Below are positions 12,317-25,662 of a stretch of 64,000 bases of DNA, one piece after another. Within the stretch, counting starts at the first letter, position 1. Every line of letters begins with the position of its first letter. Both the position numbers and the translations under genes were made by a program. The stretch lies in assembly GCF_009914755.1 (NCBI RefSeq), contig NC_060935.1. One strand, 5' to 3'. Below the pieces are notes generated by a model. It worked only from the letters and a program-made list of their open reading frames with translations, ran no database searches and was not told the origin of the DNA. Source of the stretch: the human T2T-CHM13v2.0 reference genome, Homo sapiens.

Positions 12317-12488
12317 CTTGAGAAAGATAAAGACCCTCTATAAAAAAGACAACTAAACAATATACTACAGCAATAGAGGCTCTCTGTCCAAAACTCCACT
12401 CAGAGGGTGCTACAGTGCATAGTCCTATTGCAAATAGCATTGTAAGTATAGCAATTCCCACAAATGTGGCATAGTAAATAATTTCCAT
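12282..12488 (-). CDS. Putative 68-aa hydrophobic ORF between pol and env (candidate ERV accessory protein)
   Basis: ATG-started open frame with two hydrophobic stretches, in a different frame from env; no evidence of expression. Confidence 0.4.
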   Translation of the reverse strand: MEIIYYATFVGIAILTMLFAIGLCTVAPSEWSFGQRASIAVVYCLVVFFIEGLYLSQDGHPQPVYIRN

Positions 12489-12583
12489 CTAAAATTTTAC
12501 TCACCAGGATATAGAATTTCCCTTTAGAGATCTACGAAGTAATTTTGAGAGGAAAGGCAGAAATGACAGAATGTATCTGGTAT

Positions 12584-15500
12584 TTGCTTATCTTTGGTGA
12601 TTTTCAATTTAAGATTTCCTATTTCTTCACAGTGATATTCAGAGCATTCTTCTGGATTGTCTGGGGCTTCTCCCACAGTCTTCCAGGCTCTGACTCAAGT
12701 GTGATGAATCCAAGAGTCACTTCCTGCAACTTTTACCACCAAGGGGGTGGAGAGAAAAGAGTATAAGGTCCTTCCCAAATAGGGTCTAGAGAAGGGAAAA
12801 GAGAAGGGAGAGCCTTCACCAGTACTAAGTCTCCTGGATTAAATAAAGGTGGTCCTATTTCCTGCAACTTGGCCTCTGTTAGCTGTGTCAACTCCTGTTG
12901 AAAGTGGGTCAGGGAAGCTATATGTTTGACCAATTCAGAGGTGTCCTGATCTAACAGGAATCACTGGTAAGAAAAGGTCACCCATACAACATTTCCAAAG
13001 GAGTTAAACCTAAATTTGAAGGGATATTTCTTATTTGTAATGGGCCATGGGAAAGAGAGTAGTCCAGGGTAGGTGAGTCTCTTGAGATAACTTTCTGAGG
13101 TGTCTTTTGATAATGTCATTAGTTTTTTCTACCTTTCCCGAGGACTGGGGTCTCCAGGCACAATGGAGATGATAGCATAAGCCCAGTGCCTTTGAGACAC
13201 TCTGAGCAACAGCTGCTTTAAATGAGGAGCCGTTGTCACTTTGGAGGTATTTAGGGAGTCTAAAATGGGGAATTATTTCACTGATTAATACTCGTACTAC
13301 CTTGGAGACCCTCTCTGTTCGACATGGAAATGCTTCCACCCAGTTAGTGAAGGTATCCATTCACATCAGGAGGTAGTGAGTGCCCCTTGATTTTGGCATA
13401 TGGACGAAGTCTATTTGCTAGTCCTCCCCTGGATAACTTACCATTCTCTGAGCTGGAGGTGGGAGAAGCTGTCTGTTGAGGGTGTCGTTCTTAAGACTTG
13501 ACTTCACAAGCATTAACAACCTGCTTAACCTGTTTTTAGTAGGTTCTCCCCTGAGAATAATCTTTGGACTCATTGACAAGTTTTATCCTTCCCTAGATGA
13601 AAAGTTTGGTGAAGGGTTTTTAGGATCTTCCACTGGTTGGGGGCTGGCAAGTGGAGTTTGCCATCCTCTGACTGCACCCATCCTAAGGACTGGAAATTGC
13701 ATCCCTGAAAAGTGGCCCATTCTCTTTCTGCACGGGAATACTGAGGCTTCATTTCCCTCATGGAGCCTTCCCAGATTATAGGGGCTTCAAGGGTGTTGGC
13801 ACCCTGAGGCTTTTGTGCTGTTGACTTGGCTGCCTGGTTGGCTAACTTGTTTCCCTCAGCTATTCCATCCGTTCCTTTTTGATATCCTTTACAATGCATT
13901 ACTGCTACTTCTCATGGAGGGAAAACTGAGGATAACAGCCTGTTAATTTCCTGATCGTATTTTAACGGAGACCCATTAGCAGTGAGAAAGTGTCTCTCCT
14001 TCCAAATGTTGGCATGAGCACTGAGGATAAGAAAGGCATATTTGGAATCTGTATAAATGTTAGCTGCTTTTCCTTTGCTTAATTCAAGAGCCCTTGCAAG
14101 AGCTATCAGCTCAGCTAATGGGACACCTGTGTCTGGTGAGAGAGACGTGCTTTCAATGATACTATTCAGGGTGACTACTGTGTACCCTGTCTTATGGACT
14201 CCCTGTTCCACAAAGGAGCTCTATCTGTAAAGACGGTCCAGTCTGGATTTTCTAGGGGAGTTTCCCTGAGATCTTCCCTGGCTGCATAGGTTTGTATTAT
14301 AACTTGCTCCCAGTCATGTTCAGGTCCCCCAGTTTCCTCTGGGAGGGAGGTGGTTGGATTCAAGTTTTTAGTTGGACTGCAGATCCCTCTAGTAGTAGAG
14401 CCTGGTATTTAAGGAGGTGGCTGTCTCTTAGCCAAAGGCCTCCTCTAGAGGACAGCAATCCTAACACAATATGTGGATATAAACAGGCTATTCCCCAGGG
14501 TTAATTTGGTGGCTTCTGGCACCAGTAGGGCCACTGTTGCAACTTCTTGGAGACAGACTAGATATGCTTTAGCCACCAGGTCCAGTTCCTTACTTAGGTA
14601 ACCCACTGGCTGTTGACCTGGTCCACAGGTCTGAGTTAAAACCCCCAGGGCCATTCCCTTTCTTTCTGACACATAAAGACTGAATGTCTTCCCTATCGGA
14701 AGGCTAAGGGCTGGTGCCTCAAGCAGGGCTTGTTTTAACAGGTTAAAGTCTCTTTTTGCCTCCAGATCCCAAATCAAGGAATGAGTCTTGCTGCCTGAGT
14801 TTCCTTTATTAGTTGGTATGAGGGACGGCCATACCTGGGGAAAAATCCTGTAATGCCCCAAAATCCTCTTAGCTACTTGAGGGTTTTAGGGAGGGGGAAA
14901 GACGAAATGGGCTTAACTCTTTCTTCTCCCAATTCTCTGGTTCCCTCAGATAATACGGAACCCAGGTACTTCACTGAGGTTTGGCAAAGCTGCGCCTTGA
15001 ATTTTGAAACTTTATATCCCCTATTAGCTAAGAAATGGAGAAGGGCCTCAGTGTCTTCCTGAGAAAAAGGCATCCTTTAGGTCTAGCACTGTGAACCATT
15101 TAGTTCCCTCAGGTATTTGGGTTAGCAAAGTACAGGGATTAGGGACTACTAAATGAATTGGGACTACGACCTCATTAATGAGGCAGAGGTCCTGAACTAG
15201 TCTCCATTCCCCATTGGGTTTCTGCATCCCTCATATTGGGGTGTTGCATGGGCTATTGCAGGATTTGAGGAGGCTTTGCTTCTTCAGATTATTAATAATG
15301 ACCTCTAGCCCTTTTCTAGCCTCTGGCTTCAGGGGATATTGTCTTTGGTTAGGAAAAGAAGTGGGATCCTTAAGATGTATCTTGATCAGTATAGTGGTTA
15401 TAGCCTGGCCAGTTTTCTCCTGGCTTGCCCATACCTCTGGGTTAATACTGGTTTCTACCAAGGGAAGACAAAGAGTTTGTCCTGGGGCCATATGGATGCT

Positions 15501-15861
15501 GGTTCCCTTGTGAGCTAAAAGATCTCTATCTAATAAGGGAGTGGGACTCTCAGGCATGACTAAAAAGACATGTGTAAATAGTAGGTCCCCCCAGCTACAA
15601 CTAAAGGGTTGACAAAAACATTGGGTTAGAACCTTTCTGAGGTGTGCTTCACGGTCGTGATATGGGAAGAGGAGAGGCCTAGATTGGAGAAGAGAACAGA
15701 GACTGGCTCCAGTGTCCAGAAGGAGGCCCACCCACCTGATTCAATTTCCAGAATCTGATTCAATTTCCAGAATCTGATTCAATTTCCAGAATCATCCAGG
15801 GCTCCTGTGCAGTAATGGCAGTTTGGGCCACTGGAGCCAGGGAATTGAGCCCCGGGACCTG
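12584..15861 (-). pseudogene. pol: pro-pol (protease, RT with internal deletion, RNase H, integrase), frameshifted
   Basis: LLLDTGA; RQYPL, SPCNTPI, WRLVQDL, LDLKDAFF; AELIALARAL, IYTDSKYAF; LQSDNG, SSGKVEK, WEGPY. Confidence 0.96.
15737..15793. repeat. Perfect 19-bp tandem repeat x3
   Basis: tgattcaatttccagaatc at 15737, 15756 and 15775. Confidence 0.97.
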
Positions 15862-17357
15862 TGAGTTTTGCTGGACCATTTGTGAGACCAATTCTGGACT
15901 AAGTTACCTATGCCTCTGGGGGCAGTCCAACCTCCAGTGGCCACTGACACAGGCTGGACAGGGTCAAGGTGGCTTCTTCTTACTACCTGGACAGTCCTTA
16001 AAGTGCCATGGTTTCCCACACCGATAGCAATTAGTGGATTCACCTTGGGTATCCTGGACTTGACAGGCCTATAAAGCAGCCACCAGAGAATCCATTCTTC
16101 TCTTGTGCTTTCTCTCTTTTTCCTGGGCCTCCTTCTTATACTTACTGTAAAAGACTGAGGTGGCTACTCTAAGGAGGCTATCCAGAGTACTATCTGGTCC
16201 TATAGCCTGTTTCTGTAATTTTCTTCCAATATCAGGGACTGTCTGAGTAATAAACTTGTCCTTTAGGATTAGCTGTCCTTCATTTGAGTCAGGAGACAGG
16301 GAAGTGTGTTTTGTTAAAGCCTCCCTCAGCCTTTCCATGAAAGCTGAGGGATTCTCATCTGGTTTCTGATCTATCATGGACAGCTTAGAGTAATTAAGAG
16401 GTTTGACCCTAGTTTTTCATAGGGCCTCCAATATGCACATTAAAAAGTGTTTTCTTTTCCATTCACCTGTGAGGTCACTAGGGTCCCTGCCAGGGTTTTC
16501 AAGGGGTATTACCTCTCTCCCTATTGGGAATGGTTGTTCCATAATTCCCTCACCTTCCGTATCATCTCCTATTTTCCTTTTTGGCCTGCTGTAAGAAACA
16601 TGTTGTTCATCCCCAAATTTTTCAGCTGCCTGCAGAGCTGTCTGCCTCTCAGCAGCTATTAGGGTTTGGTTTAAGAGTAACATAACACCTCTCCATGTGA
16701 GGTCATCTGCCAGGCCTAGATTTTGGAAAGCCTCTATTTACTTGTTGGGGTCATCAGAGAACCTACCCAGGTATTCTTTTATTTGTGTAAGGTCTTGCAA
16801 TGAGCGAGGTGCCTGAACCCTAGTGGCACCATGTCCACTGGGCATTTCTTGCAGAGGTAAAAGCATAGCTGGGGAAGTGGAGAGTTTTGGAAGTGGTGGA
16901 ACTGGAGGAGCCGAAGGTGCAGTTGGAGGAAGGGGCCCTGGATAAGGGGAACAAGAGTTGCTGAGATACTTAATTGTTGTCTCAGAAGATTCCCAGGGAT
17001 TTGTTTTTTTAGCTTTGGGGAATCATTCCCCATGGGTCTGCCTGATATGACTGCTGAAAGAGCTGGGTCAATTATGCATCACTTGCAGAGGTCTGGGTTG
17101 TCCTGCAGGGCAAAGAAATTCTGTACATAGGGGACCATTTGCCTCCCGTCTACAGGAAAAATCTAATTGTTAGATAATATTAAAATCAAGATTTCCCTCA
17201 GAAGGCCAGGTTTGTCTGTCCCCAAGCTAGTAAAAAGGCCATGCCCTTGTGCAAAAGAATGTGAGCCGCTTTTTCTTCAGAGTCTTGGGATCAAAGGAGT
17301 TTCAGTGCTTCAGAATGCACTCAAGAGGGTGTAGGCTAAAGATGGTTTGCTACCCAT
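15862..17357 (-). pseudogene. gag: gag, disrupted
   Basis: Met-Gly start (ATGGGT) at 17357; MHR region QKPDENPSAFMERLREAL, LILKDKFITQ; two zinc knuckles CYRCGKPWHFKDC and CPACVSGHWRLDC. Confidence 0.93.
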
Positions 17358-18351
17358 TTAGAAAGAGGTAGAGGGAAGGAAAGGCATCCCTTAGTCTTCT
17401 CTTTCCTTTTGGAGTGACCCAAGTTGGGGGGAAAGTAGTGGGGGCATCCCCCCTACTATCCTCCTTCCTTTGTTCCCTGGGCCCTGGCAGCCATTAATGG
17501 TGCTGCCCAGGGATGCAAGTGTGACCTCCATCCATGGACCCGGGGGCGTGGGTCAGGCAGTAATAGTCACACTTACCTGCATGAGACCCTAGTCCTCCCC
17601 TAATAATTCCCCTTTGATTCCTTAGATTTGTGTGGCCAGCATGTCCCCCCTATAGATGAATCTCAGGAGAGACTACCTAACAGTTGCATCTGGGCAGGCC
17701 CCTCAGTGACAGGAGTATTCTGGGTTGGGTCTTATATTCTGCTATTATGGCCCATGCTAAAGTATCTATCCTTAGGCCATTGTTCTGATTGACTTCCAAA
17801 CACAGAATCCCTTCTCTATTTAAATGCCATTCCAGTTGGAGGCAGAATAAGTGTCTCAAAAGAACGTAAGGATCAAATGACTGTCTTTCTGCTGATGAAG
17901 ATGGTATTGAGACCAAAATCTGGATTAGAAGGACGTCTCGCTCCTCCATGTCACAGGCAGGGTTTTCCTGTTCACAGAGAAGGCATAAGGCCTGGTCTCT
18001 AGTGGAAGGGCTCAATAAGGAGAAGAGCTGGGAAATTAGAGGGTTTTGGCAAAGAGCCGACATGGTCCCTCATGAAGAAGATTCCCATTCCACTAGGTGG
18101 CTGTTGTAAACCTTGAAATATTAGGCTGTAGCTTTGTTTCCAAATGCTCTCCAGATTAAGGGTTGAGAGAGAGGTCTGAAGCATGACAGGATGTCCCCAC
18201 AACATGCCTCCCAATAGGAGAAAGTTAGTTTGCCTCATAGAAAGTCTATCTAGTTGAACTGGGCAGGGCTGGCTCCTCACATGGAAAATAAACAGCCTAA
18301 ATGAAGAGGGGGCCACTCACTGGGAGGGAAATAGCCCCCTGTCCAACCTCA

Positions 18352-18721
<370 letters not shown>

Positions 18722-18722
<1 letters not shown>

Positions 18723-18942
18723 TATATATATATATATATGTATACATATATGTGTGTGTATATATATATATGTGTTCCATATATATATATGTGTGTGTTC
18801 CATATATATATATGTGTGTTCCATATATATATATATGTGTTCCATATATATATATATACACATATATATGTGTTCCATATATATATATACACATATATAT
18901 ATGTGTTCCATATATATATATATACACATATATATATGTGTT

Positions 18943-18977
<35 letters not shown>
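18722..18977. repeat. (AT)n-based compound micro/minisatellite grown from the Alu tail
   Basis: Seven GTGTTCC cores separated by (AT)n; later units add CACA. Confidence 0.95.
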
Positions 18978-18981
<4 letters not shown>

Positions 18982-19521
18982 CAAAACAGGAATCTCTTGA
19001 GCTATATTCCTGGTTGCTAAGGCACTTGTTAATCCTGCCCAACAAGACTATTTCCCCAGGCTGTAAAACTTCTCTCGCAATATTGCATACAGAGAGGGGA
19101 TAGGAGACACAGTAGCCATGAAAAGGAAAGAAGGAAACTATGATAGGAAAGCTTGGAGGTCCTGTTGCCAACACCCATCAGGCAATCAGGGGCTGGGGTT
19201 AGTCCAGAAGCCTCAGGTTACACCGGGGTGTGGCCCAGGCCAGAAACCTTCAGTTGTCTCCAGACCTCTTTCAGCCCCTCAAGAGGGCTAGGCCCTCCAC
19301 AATAGGAAACGTGTTTGTAGCAGAGCCAACATTCCCAACACCCTGAAGGCACTGGGGGATTAGCTAAGTCCTCCCTAGCAAGACTATCATCTATGTCTTT
19401 AGGCCAGTAGCCATGCTTGTCATGTTTAAACGGCCAACAGATGCCTGGTGTTTTTCTAGATTTGATAAAAATGAGGACCAGAGGCCTCAGAAGTGAAAGT
19501 AAAGAGTTGGGGTCTGCTCCT

Positions 19522-19531
19522 ACTCACCCTT
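19522..19531 (-). promoter_or_regulatory. Probable major splice donor of the provirus
   Basis: AAGG|GTGAGT just downstream of the PBS. Confidence 0.6.
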
Positions 19532-19539
19532 TTAATGAA

Positions 19540-19558
19540 ATCCCAGACAAGCCCCACA
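19540..19558 (-). other. Primer-binding site, tRNA-Pro
   Basis: TGTGGGGCTTGTCTGGGAT versus canonical TGGGGGCTCGTCCGGGAT (two CpG decays, one extra base), 3 nt after the 5' LTR. Confidence 0.88.
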
Positions 19559-19561
19559 AAA

Positions 19562-20171
19562 TGAAACCAGCCTCATTGTTTGAGATGTCACTCAAAGTTC
19601 TTGGTCTCACGGCCAAGGAAATCAAGGACATGGACCCTCCAAACATGAGGTTAGAGCAGAAGTTTAACAAGCAAAAGGAATAGAGCTCTCTGGAGCAGAA
19701 AGGGGTCCCAGAAAGATGGGCTGCCATTCTACAGTGAAGTGCAAGGGTTTTTGTAGACAAGCTGGAGGGTAGGCGTGCTTCATTTGCATAAGGCACAAAT
19801 TTCTGACTTCCCACCCTACCCTTTCCAGTGCGCATGTGGGCTTCTTAGCCTGAGTTACTCCATGTTGTTTATCTCTTCCTGGTGCACATGTATAAAAAAG
19901 ATGGAGGCAAAGAACACTCCAAGGTGGATGTGCCTGGTTCAAGGTAGCTCTTCTTATCGGTGCTGCTGCAGGCACTTCGCCTGCACGAGCCTCCCCGTCT
20001 GAGTATTTCAAAGAAGGGAGGGGACTGTGCTTACTAGGGCCCACTGTATATCTGCACGTACTCCCTTGGGCTGCTTTTTGTCAGAAGAGAGGCTGCTTTT
20101 TGTTAGAAGGGAATTCTTCTGAGGACCCTTGCCCTATCTGCCTAGTTGATTTCTCTCTGTCTTCTCTCACA
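19562..20171 (-). mobile_element. 5' LTR (610 bp)
   Basis: Homologous to 9840-10529 but lacks ~90 bp of U3; octamer 19782-19789 retained. Confidence 0.95.
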
Positions 20172-20567
20172 TTAGCATATGCAAAAGTAACTACCCCTCT
20201 TTTGTTTACCACAGAATTATCAGAGCCTGAAACTGTCCCTGAAATTTAGTAGATCCTCAAAATATATTTATTTAATAAATGAATGAAAAATAGTAAATAA
20301 GTCCAAAGTGAAATGCTGATGATTATGTAGAGTGTGTAATCAAAATATTACAAAAACTTACTTTCCTTTTAGTGATGTTTAAACCAAAACAATTTTAGTC
20401 TAAAAATTTTAAGTCTATAAAAGTGTTTTCTAAATCTTTTGTTACTTTATTGAAAATTTCATTTGGTGACATTTTACAGAAAAACTGTGGAATGTTTATG
20501 AATTTATTTTTCATGCTTATTGTCCTCTTACTATGAAAAAATGTTAGTTGAATTGTTTTTTCTTGAC

Positions 20568-20760
20568 TTTTTTCAGCTTTATTGAGGTATAATTGATAAA
20601 TAAAACATACATATCGAAAGTGCACAACTTGATGTTCTGATATACATATATATTGTGAAATAATCGTCACAGCAAACTAATCCACATACCCATCAACTCA
20701 GAGTTACAGTTGTGTGTTTGTGTGAGGTAAGAATATTTAAGATTTACCCTTTAATCAAAT
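20568..20760 (-). mobile_element. L1MA (9/10-like) 3' end
   Basis: cagctttattgaggtataattga...gtgcacaacttgatg...cccatcaactca. Confidence 0.75.
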
Positions 20761-22266
20761 TTTGGGGAGGAGAATATGGGGAGATGTTGTCAACCTGTCT
20801 TTAAATGGTCTGGGAACAACCATCTTCAGAATTACTCAGGGGATCATTAAAAAGCTAATTGCTCAGATCTACCCTTGAGCTACTTAACTGGAGTCTCCTT
20901 TTGTAAGAATCATCAACTGATTATCCAAAACTAAATATCCATACATTTATTTTACCCAGAATGCAAGCAAAAAAAGTATATTTCTTTAGTTCACAAACCT
21001 AAGATATTCTGTTGAATTTTATTAAATAGACATTAACAAATTATAATAGTTATGTATTTAAATGTTTGCTTTAATTTACCTATCTCAGGAAATTGTGCAT
21101 TACTTTCACATTCCGTTACGACTTCTTGGCAAAATGAGGTATTCTTCTAGTCATCCAGTTTCAAGTATTTTATTTAAAAGTTGGAGACCTGGCTTTTCAA
21201 ATAATCTTTAAATTGGCTTAATCTTGGGAACTGAAATACTTTTGTTTAATACAATAGCTTAAATCAGACTCCCCTGGGCTATTCTGCTCTTCCATTTGAA
21301 TTGCAAGAAAAGCACATTTCAGCTAATCTTTCTGCCTCCATTTTTGGATGATAGTTTAGATGCCCCACTAGAACTCAACAATAAAACTACACCCTGTGAC
21401 TTCTTTCCTTGAAACTTCTTTTGTTTAGAAGCAAATAAAAAGAAACCTGACATTTTATTTTATAACATTGCTCAGCTTTCCTACTGATGTTTTGGTTTAT
21501 TTTTCCCATTTTAATAGTGAATTCCTGAGCAAAATACATTTTAACTGTAACATTTGGATTACTTAGACAGCTGTCTGCAACTGTGACATTCCACTGATGT
21601 GGCTACCCTCGGGAGATTGTGTTTATTTATATCAATGGAATGATTTGAGTGATTGGCTCTGTGCAAACCTCAGTCTTTTATTCCTCTTGTTTGTATCTGT
21701 ATAGGTAGGGTGAACAAGGGGAGGCCAACAGTCTTTCTCACTTGCTTAAAAAAAAAAAGATCTACTTGCTCTTGACCATTTATAATTAAAGCTCATTTTG
21801 GCTTATTTCTCAGAGTTTAGATTGGGCATAAAAGTAATATATGCCCCAATTCTCTGATGCATTCTACAGTTCCATAAGTAGTCTAGTTCTAATTTAGACT
21901 AATTTAGAACAAGAAATATTTATTGATTTATTTACAGTCTATTTTTCAAGTCCCCTACTACCAACACCATACAGAAAGAAATCAACAGCATTTTCAAGAC
22001 AGAGCCAGCCTGCTGGATCCCAAAATTCTGAGCTAGGCAACTACAATAATCATTGAAAGTTCTAGCACATAGTAGGTGCTTAATAAAAACATAAGATATT
22101 AATAATCATTATTACTAGGAACGAGGAAGATAGCACAGTTCCCCGCTGAATGTGTTTGAGATCCTACAACCTTCAAGACATATACTCAGGAAACAATGGC
22201 TTCCATGAGAAAGCAATGGCTGTTGTACCCATTCCATATGGAATATGTTGCTTTTTTAAGTTGTCA

Positions 22267-23162
<896 letters not shown>

Positions 23163-23361
23163 GTCAGAAAAGTTGAAATCTGCCAGGAAGAAAATAATCC
23201 CCAAACTACAATAAAAATTACTAAGTTTTGTTTTATTTCTTAGCTAGTTCAGGGTTATTCAAGGTAACTGTATATATAACATTTTATTGCATTGTTCTCA
23301 TTTCCAAATTGTCTCATATTATTCACACAAAATCATCAATGTTCATCTCTGTATCTGTTAA

Positions 23362-23395
<34 letters not shown>
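23362..23395. repeat. (CT)n microsatellite
   Basis: CT run. Confidence 0.92.
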
Positions 23396-23396
<1 letters not shown>

Positions 23397-24807
23397 CCCT
23401 TTCCTCTTATTCCAAAGGGACAAACTGAACATATCCATATTATACAGTCATATAATTTTATAATTTATGAGTTGCAGGGACAAGAAAATCATCTTCTCTA
23501 AACATGAAGTTAATTTCTGAATATCCTTTAAAACATAATTCATAACAAATTTCCTGGAATTCATTGCTCTCACTATAAACATGCCTATATATTTAAATCT
23601 GTTGCATTTCATTCTGAATGTACACCTATTATTCTCAGGAACCATGTGAACGTAATAAAAGTGATTAAAAACTAACTTTGGCATGTGGTTATATTGATTA
23701 AACTTCTTTTAAGATTTTTCACCACAAAATTAATTTTAAAATCTTATATCACAGAGAAAAACTTAATGATCTCTGGAGAATAAATTGCATCTTTAAATTT
23801 CAAAGACTACCTAGCAATAATCACATTTCCTCTATCACTGATTTCCCAGGTATGTAAAACCACAATTACTACATTTAATTAGTTGCCTTTTTTAAGTTTC
23901 CTGATATTGTTTTATTTAAAAACAGTCTAAAATGGACAGAAACATGGCCTGAAACTGACCTGATACAAGGCAAAACAAAGCATGCATGATATTTAATTAT
24001 TAGATAGCTATAAAGTCACAAGCTTCATAAATAAACTTCTTAATATATATTTTTAGAAATGCTCATCTAAGACCATTTTGATTTCTGCTTCAACATGAAA
24101 ACTCTAGAATATAATGTCACTGCCATTATTTCTAAGTACTAACCAAAGAGGTTTTTTTGTTTTATTTCAGGAATAATATAAGAACCATTTCAAATATAAC
24201 CACCTACAGGATCCCATTACCAACAATCATAAATTAGCCCACTCATCATTTTCTTTTAATATAATCCTTTATCCAGGTGTCAATTCAGATAACAACTTTA
24301 CAATTAAAGTCAATTTGAAAATTTTTCCCTTATGAGAAATACGAATTTGAGGAGTATTGTGTAAATTAAGATAAACTAAACTTTATACACTTTCAAACCC
24401 CTGCAGCTGCACTATAGATGCTTAAATCCCACTGATTTCAAAAAGAGGTCCATTTATGGAAATGCTCTGCAGGCATGCAGAGGCTGAATAAGTTCAAAAT
24501 TCCTGTGAAATGCTATTTAGGAAAGCAAATGTTAGAAGAAAATATCATAAATGGAGTATTTTTGAACCCTTCCTAAAAGCCAAAAAAAAAAAAAAAAGAC
24601 CAAAGTAAATTAGCAATCATCCAGCCAACCACACTAACTAAAAATCCAAAACAACAAAAATAGGTACATGTAGAGTTTTAGCATGTAAAAGTTTTCTACA
24701 AATGATTATTCCTGGCACAGTAGACTAAATCCTACCCCAGTCAATTCTATTAAAAACACAAAAAACAAAACATTTGTTTTCCACATTTTGAATAGATTTT
24801 TAGGTAG

Positions 24808-25151
<344 letters not shown>

Positions 25152-25359
25152 TATAATCACTTTTTCAAATGAAGGTTTTTCTTTATAATTTCTTTTGTTT
25201 TAAAACATGTTCCTGTATTGTGGTTACTCTTTCAACAAATGCTGCACTATTTCCCCTATTCATCACCTCAAAATGCATTCTCAGAATTCCCTTTACTCTC
25301 CTTACCTCTTGACAACCTACTTTATCTTTAACCCCTAATAATATGGCTTACATATCCTA

Positions 25360-25600
25360 CAGAAGTCCTTTTGAGCAAAGTGAAGGCATGGTAACTGTAC
25401 AGCGTAATAAAGAAAATGTGTCTCTCCAGAGTAAAGGGGAGGCATGTTTACTGTTTATTATAAAGGTTTCAGATTCCCTAAGCTCAGGATCCCTTTCTGT
25501 TTCTAATTCACTGCATGGGCAGGTATCATCTCACCCTCTTTACATTGCTCTGTGGAAACTAAGATTTGAGGAACTCTTGGAAAAAGTTCATATCTAACTA
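25360..25600 (+). mobile_element. MER21/MER68/MER77-like LTR fragment
   Basis: gagtaaagggg...attataaaggtttcagattccctaagctcagg resembles this recalled LTR group. Confidence 0.5.
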
Positions 25601-25612
25601 CTGACTAAGCAT

Positions 25613-25615
<3 letters not shown>

Positions 25616-25660
<45 letters not shown>
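25616..25660. repeat. (TG)n microsatellite, ~22 units
   Basis: Pure TG run. Confidence 0.98.

Positions 25661-25662
<2 letters not shown>

Noticed and set aside
15737-15793. 19-bp repeats as CRISPR or iterons
   Set aside because: Head-to-tail with no spacers; simple tandem expansion
18771-18944. Seven regularly spaced GTGTTCC repeats resembling a CRISPR array
   Set aside because: Spacers are (AT)n rather than unique, the repeat is only 7 bp, no cas genes, primate DNA
19540-19558. tRNA-Pro similarity as a tRNA gene
   Set aside because: Only the 18-19 nt complement of the tRNA 3' end, i.e. the retroviral PBS
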